From contig NC_068989.1 in the NCBI RefSeq assembly GCF_001194135.2, positions 18,752,196 through 18,815,899 on the forward strand: DNA of 63,704 bases, given 5' to 3'. This document shows, piece after piece, positions 37,649 to 48,339 of the stretch. The position numbers and the translations under genes are program-made. Source of the stretch: Octopus bimaculoides. Lineage: Eukaryota. The notes below the pieces were generated by a model that worked only from the letters and a program-made list of their open reading frames with translations, did no database searches and was not told the origin of the DNA. Position 1 is the stretch's first letter. The number at the start of each line of letters is the position of its first letter.

Positions 37649-39213
37649 TCTATATATATATAAAAATGAGAATGTGTGTCTGTCTGTCTGTCTGTGTGAA
37701 TCCCTAAAACTCGAGAACTACGCAACCAATTTCATTCAAATTTTACAGATGCCTTACTTAGGGTTCCAGTTGTGTTTTAGTCAAAAAAAAATTTTAACTT
37801 CTTCCAGAGTTCGAGCCCACAGCAACATAATATCTCCTCCACTATTTAAGTATTACGTGTCAAAAGTGAAACGAAAACACTCATGTCAAATACTTTCACT
37901 TTAAAAATGAAACTATTCTACTAACTGAAACAATCACATTTCGATACTGTAATGACAGATNNNNNNNNNNNNNNNNNNNNNNNNNNNNNNNNNNNNNNNN
38001 NNNNNNNNNNNNNNNNNNNNNNNNNNNNNNNNNNNNNNNNNNNNNNNNNNNNNNNNNNNNNNNNNNNNNNNNNNNNNNNNNNNNNNNNNNNNNNNNNNNN
38101 NNNNNNNNNNNNNNNNNNNNNNNNNNNNNNNNNNNNNNNNNNNNNNNNNNNNNNNNNNNNNNNNNNNNNNNNNNNNNNNNNNNNNNNNNNNNNNNNNNNN
38201 NNNNNNNNNNNNNNNNNNNNNNNNNNNNNNNNNNNNNNNNNNNNNNNNNNNNNNNNNNNNNNNNNNNNNNNNNNNNNNNNNNNNNNNNNNNNNNNNNNNN
38301 NNNNNNNNNNNNNNNNNNNNNNNNNNNNNNNNNNNNNNNNNNNNNNNNNNNNNNNNNNNNNNNNNNNNNNNNNNNNNNNNNNNNNNNNNNNNNNNNNNNN
38401 NNNNNNNNNNNNNNNNNNNNNNNNNNNNNNNNNNNNNNNNNNNNNNNNNNNNNNNNNNNNNNNNNNNNNNNNNNNNNNNNNNNNNNNNNNNNNNNNNNNN
38501 NNNNNNNNNNNNNNNNNNNNNNNNNNNNNNNNNNNNNNNNNNNNNNNNNNNNNNNNNNNNNNNNNNNNNNNNNNNNNNNNNNNNNNNNNNNNNNNNNNNN
38601 NNNNNNNNNNNNNNNNNNNNNNNNNNNNNNNNNNNNNNNNNNNNNNNNNNNNNNNNNNNNNNNNNNNNNNNNNNNNNNNNNNNNNNNNNNNNNNNNNNNN
38701 NNNNNNNNNNNNNNNNNNNNNNNNNNNNNNNNNNNNNNNNNNNNNNNNNNNNNNNNNNNNNNNNNNNNNNNNNNNNNNNNNNNNNNNNNNNNNNNNNNNN
38801 NNNNNNNNNNNNNNNNNNNNNNNNNNNNNNNNNNNNNNNNNNNNNNNNNNNNNNNNNNNNNNNNNNNNNNNNNNNNNNNNNNNNNNNNNNNNNNNNNNNN
38901 NNNNNNNNNNNNCTCCACTGATTCACTTGCAAAGTGTTGAGTAAAATTATTTCGTTGCAGACCTCCTTTGGGTCTTTTTATTATCACTACGACACACATA
39001 GTCCCCAGTTGGTAACATTGATTTCAAGGCCCTCCTAGATGAGAGACTGGCATTCCACTTAATGTCTATGTTCCATGCTGGCATGGATTGGAGAGTTATT
39101 AATGTAGAAATATGGTATCGTAGCAACTAACAGTTGAGGGTTGCGTAGTCTAGACGGCGTTTTTAGATTTCATTATTCTCTTTAACCCGGGCAAAGCTGG
39201 GTATTTCTGCTAG
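37649..39213 (+). mobile_element. Helitron-like element (or two ends) spanning a gap
   Basis: A|TCTATATATATAAAAATGAG 5' end; 3' hairpin ACCCGG-GCAAAG-CTGGGT then CTAG|T. Confidence 0.65.
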
Positions 39214-40463
39214 TTAACTATAATTTAATATAACACCTTTAAAGTTAGTAAGCATAATAAAACCCATCATTGCATGCAGCTGCTCTGATATCAACAATCA
39301 TCCTTTAGAATCTATATGGTTATGGATATTGCATACTAATGTTTAGTTATTACCACTAACAACAACTCTAAAGCTTATGTTAGTATCACTTGATATTCCT
39401 TTTAAATTGAGGTTTTATTGACATTCATTCTTTAAAAACCTGGATGGAAGCAAACAAGCTTCTTTAACTTCATTCATTTGGTTGTTAAAGGAAAATTCAG
39501 TACTATCATCATCGTCATTTAATGTCCGCTTTCCATGCTAGCATGGGTTGGACGATTTGACTGAGGACTGGTGAAACCAGATGGCTACACCGGGCTCCAA
39601 TCTGATTTGGCAGAGTTTCTACAGCTAGATGTCCTTCCTAACGCCAACCACTCAGAGAGTGTAGTGGGTGCTTTTACATGCCACCGGCATGAAGGCCAGT
39701 CAGGAGGTACTGGCAACGGCCACACTCGAAATGGTGTATTTATGTACCACCTGCACAAGAGCCAGTCCAGGGGCACTGGCAACAATCTCGCTCAAAAGTT
39801 CTTTCATATGCTGCGGGCACAAGTGCCAGAAAGGCAACGCTGGGCACAGGTGCCATCACAATTTCGCTTTCGCTTGCCCCAATAAGTCTTCGCACGCTGA
39901 GTTTCATGTCCAATGAAGGAGACGACGTTGGCATGGGTGCTAGTCATCGAATTTAACTTGATTTCGATTTCACTTGCCTCAACAGGTCTTCGCAAGTGGA
40001 GTTTAGTGTCCAATGAAGGAAGGTACGCATAAGTGGACTGGCTGAGGCCAGAGCAAGTTAAACACCTCTAACAAAAATTTTTACAGACAATGAATAAATC
40101 AATAAATTCATTGTGTATAAATATACTTAATTAAATCAGATTAAGATAGAATCATTTTGATAAAAGCTCAAGTTATATTAGAGCTGATAAGATCCCAGTA
40201 AGAATGGAAATTAGATTTTAATCCTCCCATCACTCTTTTCCTGTCTTCCTTTCTACCTTTTTAACTTAAACTTTTTAGTCTCAGCATTTTTTTATATCAA
40301 GACCAGAGTTGGTGATCTTGCACTTTATCTGTTCATTCATCTTATCTCTGTATACTATTAAATATCTCTTTGAGAAACCTTCATGTTGTTCCTTTTTAAG
40401 TGTTTACTATGCATTCCAAAGGTAATTGAAAATTCTTTCATGTCATACCAATCTTTCTTTCAG

Positions 40464-40563
40464 AATGCCAAAATTTCTCAACTAAATTGAAAGAAATTAA
40501 AGTCTGTCGTGCAAAATTAGTCCCTACCAAATTATTTACCAGTGGCATAGAAGAATTTTGTAG
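40464..40563 (+). CDS. Cys-module protein, module 2 exon A (ECQNFSTKLKEIKVCRAKLVPTKLFTSGIEEFCS)
   Basis: Acceptor ctttctttcag, donor AG|gtaagt, 100 nt, phase 1-2, C-x12-C-x17-C. Confidence 0.8.
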
Positions 40564-40714
40564 GTAAGTAATAGGATTTTTCAGTCTCATCTGACCAACT
40601 CAGTTTGTTGCTAACCAACAACCAAACAATTGGTTTTCTCTAAGTGCATTTAAGTGCTGCTCTAGTATATTTCTTCATTTATATATAATTCACATTCAAA
40701 TTGATAATATTAAT

Positions 40715-41178
40715 TTCCTACAATTGTTTGCATTGCTCTCTGACAAAAGTCAAGACACATATAATAGACTTTTTGCCAAAATAAATGAATTACTGCAGAA
40801 TGAGGGACCTGATAGTATAATTATGGATTTTGAAAAAGCACCCATAATGGATTTCTGGAATTTGGCATGCTGCCTGTTTCATTTAGGACAAAATGTGTAC
40901 AAGCATGTTGTGCAAGAAGGACTAAAATGCAGATATCACGAAGATGACAGTTTTAGTCTCAAAATGCGGTGCCTTTTTGTCATTGCTTTACTGCCGGTTG
41001 ATGATGTTGTAGATGGATATGAACTAATTGTAGATGATGATGATATTCCAAAGTCAATTGTATCCTATTTTGAAAATAATTATATAGGACTACCTAGAGC
41101 AGCGAACCACCAGGGGTCTGCAGACCCCCAGTTGATTCGCAAAGGTAGCACTGGGTGTCCGTGAGCTAAATTTAAAAC

Positions 41179-41254
<76 letters not shown>

Positions 41255-41790
41255 AGGACAAGCATATTAAAAGGGGTCCGTGAGAAAACTTATTTAAATA
41301 AAAAGTTTGGGAGGCCGCTGTTGGGAACCACTGACCTAGAGAAAGAGGACAGAGGAGGCGACACCTTGAACTTCCATTTCCATTATCTATATGGAATGTT
41401 TGGGATTGATGTATGACGTTGATTGCTCATACTACAAATAGTTTAGAAACCTACCACAGCGCGCTGAAAATGACAGTGAATATTAGTCATCCAAATATTT
41501 GGAAACTTATTGATGTGATTAAATGTGAGGAAAGGTTTGCCAGTACCAAATTACAGAAGTTTATGCAAGGAGTAGAACCAAGCCAAAAAAAAGTACATGG
41601 AAAAATGTGATCCAAGCCAAAAAATTTTTCTAAAAGCAATTACACACAATCTTAAATTTTAAGATAAAATGAATATGTAATACAGCAAACCTTAAAATAA
41701 ATTTTTTTTTTTTATTCAGATATTCATTCTTCCATTTTTCTATGTTGACGAATTGACTGGGGACAAATTAAACTATGACAAATTTCCGTC
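40715..41790 (+). pseudogene. MULE (Mutator-like) transposase remnant
   Basis: FALLSDKSQDTYNRLF, IIMDFEKA, CLFHLGQ, YFENNYIG, FPLSIWNV, TNSLETYH, HPNIWKLI. Confidence 0.85.
41100..41333. mobile_element. hAT MITE nested in the MULE transposase
   Basis: Perfect 8-bp TSD ACCTAGAG (41092-41099, 41334-41341); right TIR GGGAACCACTG; internal (TA)n. Confidence 0.85.
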
Positions 41791-42021
41791 AACGAATTGA
41801 CTGGACACCATCTCTTTCTCTTTCTCCCTCACCGTCAATGAATTGACTGGACACCATCTCTTTCTCTTTCTCCCTCACCGTCAATGAATTGACTGGACAC
41901 CATCTCTTTCTCTCTTTCTCCCTCACCGTCAACGAATTGACTGGACACCATCTCTTTCTCTTTTTCTCCCTCACCGTCAACGAATTGACTGGACACCATC
42001 TCTTTCTCTCTTTCTCCCTCA
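41786..42021. repeat. Five-copy 46-48-bp tandem repeat
   Basis: Unit ccgtcaacgaattgactggacaccatctctttctc(tc)tttctccctca, starting at 41786, 41832, 41878, 41926, 41974. Confidence 0.9.
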
Positions 42022-42348
42022 TCTATATGACTGAAACACATTTTCTACTTCCGAGAGATAAGCTTTATTCTGCCCATGTCACCATTATTCCTAGTCAGCT
42101 TTCAACTTTCTGTTGTTTCTATAAATAACTGAATTTTTTCAATTTAAACTTTTTACTTTTTATGGTTTTGGTCAGAAGGAAGGGACTGTGCCCATCACCA
42201 TCTTAGGACCCTTCAATAGAAAGGTCAGGTTGATGTGGCTGATGTTTAACTTGAACTTCTTCAAATCAGCGTCTGTAGAAGGAAATTATTAAAGGTTGAC
42301 ATACTTGGGAGGAAAGATTGGGGAAAGTGATTAGTGTAGGGTCTAAAA

Positions 42349-42696
42349 CAGTGGTTCTCAACTGGGGTCCATATAGCCCCTGAGGGCCCATATAAGATTT
42401 TAGGGGGTCCACACAACAAAATAGTAAATTGGGGATCCACAATTGTATTTTATAGGCTCCTAAAAAAATGTTGCTAAGATGTATGTATTAGTATGTATTG
42501 CAAGAAACAGCTAGGTTTCTTTCTCTAACATTCTACATAGTTCAACCTACACAAGTAAGTGTGTAACAAACAAAATAGGAATTTTGAAAGAAGTTTCTAT
42601 ATAACTAGTTTTTAAACATTGAATGGCTATGGGAGTCCACCAGAATGAAATAGTAATCAGAGGGGTCCATGGATAAAAAACGGTTGAGAACCCTTG
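42349..42696. mobile_element. hAT MITE
   Basis: TIR CAGTGGTTCTCAAC / GTTGAGAACCCTTG; TSD GTCTAAAA/GCCTAAAA. Partial relative at about 50700-50845. Confidence 0.85.
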
Positions 42697-43242
42697 GCCT
42701 AAAAGAAAAGGAACTCAGTTTATCTGATTGGCGAGCTTGACATGAGGTGACCATAACTGAGTAAACTCTGAGGTGTTGAGACCATTGTAGAAGAGGAAAA
42801 ATGAAGAAACTGATCTTCTGTAGGTTAGAACTTGGAGTATTAATGACTGACTCCATGCCAATTAATCAAATAACCTTTCTTTGGATGTTGTTGACTGGAA
42901 CATTTATATGTATAGCAAGTAACAGCACCATCTCAGATATGGAAGCAGTATTCTACTATGGGTCTTATTTAAGTTTTGTTGAGAATCAAGCTATTGATTA
43001 GAACTGAAATATATTTTCTGGACTTCAAGAGGGAAGTGTGTGTGTGTGTAAAGTTTTAATATTTTTAAATCTCTTCAGTTTGATAACTTTACTGCTAGGT
43101 TGGTAGTAGAAGTTTACTTAGCTGTTTTGGTTCTGTTGTTAATTGAATAAAGAAATTTGGAAAGGCAGACATTGAAAACCCAAATAAACTTGATCAGTTC
43201 TCCATCTGAAACTGAATCTTTAACCACAACATAAACCCTTCA

Positions 43243-43332
43243 CAAGTCTCTTCATAGAACCAAGTCTCTTCACATAACCAAGTCTCTTCACACAACCAAG
43301 TCTCTTCACATAACCAAGTCTCTTCACATAAC
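43243..43332. repeat. 18-bp tandem repeat, about 5 copies
   Basis: Unit accaagtctcttcacata, flanked by the direct repeat aaccacaacataa(a/g)ccctt. Confidence 0.85.
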
Positions 43333-43824
43333 CACAACATAAGCCCTTGAGTAAGTGACTTACTCACATTTGTACTACAGTAGTATATAGGATGCCACCT
43401 ACAGCACTCACCTCTACTAGTGGAAGTTTTTGGGACTTGTTCTCTCCCTTTCCACAACACTATCAAGATGACCACCAGGAAACTAAAGGATACTTTTGTA
43501 CACCTTACAACATGCTAACAATCCCATATAAGCACTTCTGGTCCATTACTGGATCTTCCTACCCACCTCTCCTCAATCAAGACAGCTTATTTAGCAGCAA
43601 TCCCTGCTGATTAAAAAAAAAACTACATTTGCCTTATGATTCATTTCTAACTGTACATTTCATGCATGTCACAAACTTTCTCCCAACTGTTCCTTCTACA
43701 CACCTCCAGTCTCAAAACCATTGGCACACAATCACAAAAGAAACTTTTAATTGCTCCTACCCAACAATGTAACCAGTTCCTTCTAAATTTTATGTTTGTA
43801 ATAAATGTTGTTATTTAATTCCAG

Positions 43825-43928
43825 CGAGTATGATCATTGTACACACATTTACAATTCATGTCCCGAATTGGAAAATCTTCCTCTAGGAAACTTTTTGAGT
43901 GTTGCAGCAACTGAAATATGTAAACTAG
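43825..43928 (+). CDS. Cys-module protein, module 2 exon B (EYDHCTHIYNSCPELENLPLGNFLSVAATEICKL)
   Basis: Acceptor ttaattccag, donor AG|gttagt, 104 nt, phase 2-1. Joins both neighbours in frame and supplies 3 Cys. Confidence 0.8.
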
Positions 43929-44523
43929 GTTAGTTTATATTTCTTGTGTTACTTATTTTATATATTAATTAATCAGAAAGCAAAATTGTGATGGCACCTG
44001 TGCCCAGCGTCACCTTCCTGGCACTTGTGCCGGTGGCACGTATAAAAACATTCAAGTGAGATCGTTGCCAGTGCCGCTGGACTGGCTCCTGTGCAGGTGG
44101 CACGTAAAATACACCATTCTGAGCATGGCCGTTGCCAGTACTGCCTGACTGGCCTTCGTGCCGGTTGCACGTAAAAGCACCCACTACACTCTCGGAGTGG
44201 TTGGCGTTAGGAAGGGCATCCAGCTGTAGAAACTCTGCCAAATCAAATTGGAGCCTGGTGTAGCCATCTGGTTCACCAGTCCTCAGTCAAATCGTCCAAC
44301 CCATGCTAGCATGGAAAGCGGACGTTAAACGATGATGATGATGAATCAGAGGAGGGGATGGCTGTGACCATGACTATTATAGGTCATCACAGATTTGTGA
44401 CATTGACATGGCTTGATGCTTACAACAAGGAGCTCTGCTCAATACATAAAGAGTTATAAATAAGTGAAAAAGATAAATTAGATTGTGTCACTACTATCTT
44501 TGTTGTTTTTTCTTTCTTTTCAG

Positions 44524-44620
44524 AATGTAAAACGAAAAGTGAACTACTGAATCAGATGAGCAACTGTTGGGGCTTTTTGAAAGCTAATAATGATATTACT
44601 AGAAAGACAGCTAAAAGTTG
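44524..44620 (+). CDS. Cys-module protein, module 3 exon A (ECKTKSELLNQMSNCWGFLKANNDITRKTAKSW)
   Basis: Acceptor ttctttttcag, donor TG|gtaagt, 97 nt, phase 1-2. EC-x12-C as in module 2. Confidence 0.8.
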
Positions 44621-45328
44621 GTAAGTCATCCATTGTCAAGTGTAGGAATGTATTACCATAATTTCATATAATTTACAAAGGAAAATAAACTATTTTGCTT
44701 CACTATTTGCCAGTGTAGATTGTCCTTAGTTTTCATGGACTCTAAATTCCTTGTTTTCACTTTCATATTTTGTGGCTTTGTTAAAGTAAGGATTTTACTT
44801 GAAACTTTTCTCTATCTACAGGTAAGTGTTTTGACCCTGGGCACATTCTCATACTCACATTAATACCCACAGTACTAGTGACAAGCCATAGGAAATCCTG
44901 GGTGGCTGTTTGATTTGTTATAAAATTCATTCATTTGTACTCACTACATGAAGATAAAGTATTAATTGATGTCCTAATGAGATTCATCATCATCATTGTT
45001 TTAAAGTCCACTTTCCCATGTTTGCGTAGCTCAGATGGAGTTTATTGAGATGGAATTTCTACAGCTGGGTGCCCTTCCTGTCACTAACCCACGTCTGTTT
45101 CTGAGCAATATTTCTCCATGGCCAGATATGTTTTCACAGAATATTGGAAATAAAATTACCCTGCTAGTATGAATGACAATCATTTACAACTATTATGCAA
45201 TGTCAGGACATGTCTTGACATCACATAACAGTTATACATGACTGTTACTGTCATACAAGAAATGTAATTTTATTTCCAATATTCTGTGAGAACACACCTG
45301 ACCATGGAGAAATAATATATATATATAG

Positions 45329-45651
45329 TGGAGGCGCAATGACCCGGGTGTTGTGAGTGTTTATTGAGCGAAAACACCCAAAGCTCCACGAGGCTCCGGC
45401 AGGGGATGGTGGTGAACACTGCTGTACTCTTTCACCACAACTTTCTCTCACTCTTACTTCTTGTTTCTGTTGTGCCTGTAATTCAAAGGGTCATCCTTGT
45501 CACACTGTGTCATGCTGAATATCCCCGAGAACTACGTTAAGGGTACACGTGTCTGTGGAGTGCTCAGCCACTTGCACATTAATTTCACGAGCAGGCTGTT
45601 CTGTTGAGCAGATCAACTGGAACCCTCGACATCGTAAGCGACGGAGTGCCA

Positions 45652-45662
<11 letters not shown>
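45329..45662 (+). mobile_element. SINE family C with (AAC)n tail
   Basis: TGGAGGCGCAATG head. Relatives at about 20580-20870, 30150-30360, 62466-62836. Confidence 0.75.
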
Positions 45663-45685
<23 letters not shown>

Positions 45686-46536
45686 GGCTTCTTTCAGTTT
45701 CCATTTACCACTCACAAGGCTTTGGTCAGCCTAAGGATGTAGTAGAAGACATTTACCCAAGTTGCCACACTGTGGGACTGAACCCAGAGCTAAGTGGTTT
45801 TGATAAGTAACCTTCTTAATAAACCATCTGCACCTAACCATGTCTTTATGATATTTTACATGAATAATTGCTATGATGGTGCCTTGACATAAGGCAAAGA
45901 ATATAATCCCCTGCTACTTGCTTCAGTTTACCTGGTTGACATCTACAACTACTACTTTTCATCTGTAATAGTAAAAGTAATAGTTAGGTAAAGATTTAGT
46001 TTCAGATGAAGAACTGATCACGTTTATTTGGGTTTTCAATGTCTGTCTTTCCAGTAGAGAAGGCTATAAAACACTAGTGACTACAACAGCATGCACAGGA
46101 AGAGTACTTTGCTGTATATTGAGACTTGTATATCTTGGTTTGAACAGGCTTTGAAATCCTGACTTTATAAGCTGTAATTGAACATCTTCAGAATGATTTA
46201 TACTTCTTGTTATCAACACCACCACCATCATCATTATAATTGTAAATGTGTTACTGTCATATAATCAGTATCCTTCATTTCCAATCTTCTGTGAAAACAT
46301 GTCTGGTCATGGGGACATATTGCCTTACCTTGAAACAATAGAAGGGGCATCCAGCTGTAGAAAATTTGCCTTGACAAATTCTGTCTGATTTATGCAGAAT
46401 GAGTATTTTACAAATATTCATATACTATTTTATTATATTATACAGATATATGTAAAAATACATACCTGTTTATCTCATTGATTTTTGCTATTGAAAATTT
46501 CCGTTTTATTCCTACATTTTTATCACTCTCTCCCAG

Positions 46537-46661
46537 GAAATATAATGAATTTTACCAATGTATTTCATCTAAATCAAGACCAGGCTGTTCTATAACACAA
46601 AACCAGGCATTAAGGATTTTTCCTCTTTTTAGCCATGAGAATGCTCTTGAAAACAATAGTG
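46537..46661 (+). CDS. Cys-module protein, module 3 exon B (KYNEFYQCISSKSRPGCSITQNQALRIFPLFSHENALENNS)
   Basis: Acceptor ctctctcccag, donor TG|gtaagc, 125 nt, phase 2-1. Lies inside ORF 46478..46711. Confidence 0.8.
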
Positions 46662-47539
46662 GTAAGCACTGTTTTTTTTTTATAGTTAACTCACAATCTT
46701 ATATAAACTAAAAGAGCAAGTACAAACAGTCAAGTGCATAAGATGCTGAAGAATTAACACTAAGATCAGAAGTTTCTATCCTGACACTAAATCATGTCAT
46801 TGTCTCAGTCTACTTAACTGTAATTAGGTACCACATAGCAAGTGACTGTAACATAATGAACTTCACAAATGTTTCCATTAGCTTTTGTAGTACTAAGTTC
46901 AACTCTTGTAGGTACAGGATGTAGTTTGGAGAGGAATGGGGGCTCCACCAAGCTAACTCTCTAACTTTCTAATTCAGTACGGCTCTGGCACTCATTGTTG
47001 ATTTTCAATCTGTTTTTAACCAATCAACCAATTATAGAAATAAAAACAAAGCTGACCGACAGATCTAGGCTTTTAATTTAATACTTTATATCTTCCACAA
47101 AGATATCATGGTGTGCTGGAGTTTGTTTCCAACATATTAAGCGTTTAAAAGAACTTTAAAAAAATCTGGAATAGGGAGGCTATATGGGCATGTGGGTATT
47201 TTGAACAGGTATACGGGTATTTGAAAATACTTCATGGAGTGATGACCATACCCTGCATAGTTACAAGCTGCCCTTTGACAAGACATAGCACCCATTCAGT
47301 CACCCTACCAGGGATACAGCATGGTGGATTGTGAAAAGGTAGCAGAAGAGCTTAACTGAACCAATGGTACTGAATGGAGGAATCCTAGATGACCAGTGGT
47401 CAGGATCACCAAGCTTTATCAAGAAAGTAACTGCAGCGCTTCCATAGGGGACCAACCACCTTCATGGTTGTATAATCAGCTAATGAAAGATTCACTCAAG
47501 CTCCTGATTCAAATTCATAATAATGGAATTAGATGGTGA

Positions 47540-48052
47540 CAGAGAGTCGTGAGAATCTCTTTCCAAAATTCCTCAAAACCTCTATAAAGCACTCTTTGTT
47601 GACCATCCGACCAGAAGGTAGCCAGTGGGTGTAGGTATGTGCATGTTGTCAAAAATGGGTAAATGGGTATCACCATAAGCTTCCTGGTGGATTTGCTTTG
47701 CCTGGTCTCTTGTGCTAGTGGAAATCAGATGCTTGGCTCACAAAAGTTATTTCATAAGTTTCTGTGGAATTTTTGATGAGTTCAACACAAAACTTTATTA
47801 TTGCACAGAAACCTTCCAAATTGTCTTCCTGACTGCTTTCTGCAAATTAGTCAGCTATGAAAAACAGTGTTTAATAAGGTGTGTAGAAAGTGATGTTAAA
47901 GCCTTCTCATTCAATCTGGAATAACAGAAGTTGGCAGGTCAGCTTATTAGATGTATAGTAATGATATACTAAAATTACAATAATCAAGGACAGTTGTAAC
48001 TGCTGCTTCTGAAAGAAAGTCTCAAAACTTCTGGAATGCACCTCGTAAGTCA
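47540..48052 (-). mobile_element. Degraded mariner transposase fragment with one TIR
   Basis: Minus strand TACGAGGTGCATTCCAGAAGTTT terminus, IKFCVELIKNSTETYE, HWLPSGRMVNKECFIEVLRNF. Confidence 0.7.
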
Positions 48053-48126
48053 GTATACATAGATTAGTTTGTTTGGGGGTTTTTTTCCAGCAGTTTATAT
48101 AAACGTGTATAAATGTACAGATCCAT

Positions 48127-48339
48127 TTAACCCTTTAGCATTTAGATTACTCTGTCAAATGTAATGCTTTGTTTTGACTTAATCATGCATTATCTCCATA
48201 GCTTTGGGATTTTAATAATGTGATTGTTTATTTTAAGAATGACATTGTAAGATAGGTGTGAGGGGCTGGATGTGGCTAATTTGAACATGAAACAAGTAGG
48301 ATATTTGGACTGGATGTGACTGATTTAAATGCTAAAGGA
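48127..48339. mobile_element. piggyBac-like MITE (TTAA-CCCTTTAGCAT...ATGCTAAAGG)
   Basis: TTAA plus CCC terminus with an inverted right end. Partial copy at about 27226-27405. Confidence 0.65.

Noticed and set aside
37896-38999. Long ORFs of 260-370 aa in the track (also 30483, 49251-50193, 53866)
   Set aside because: They are runs of X produced by N-gaps.
40402-40422. 21-nt segment with good acceptor and AAG|gtaatt donor just before module 2 exon A
   Set aside because: It would leave an intron of only about 41 nt and is phase-symmetric, so it cannot fix the phase break.
41786-42021. Regular direct repeats superficially like a CRISPR array
   Set aside because: The inter-repeat sequence is also repeated (no unique spacers), the context is eukaryotic and there are no cas genes.
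44736-44822. Signal-peptide-like MDSKFLVFTFIFCGFVK followed by two gtaag donors
   Set aside because: Both donors are phase 0 and fit no downstream module exon; T-rich intron sequence easily mimics hydrophobic peptides.
46055-46137. Phase 2-1 candidate exon (C)REGYKTLVTTTACTGRVLCC
   Set aside because: Weak donor (gtttga); 46537-46661 has better splice sites and Cys spacing. Cannot be fully excluded as an alternative exon.
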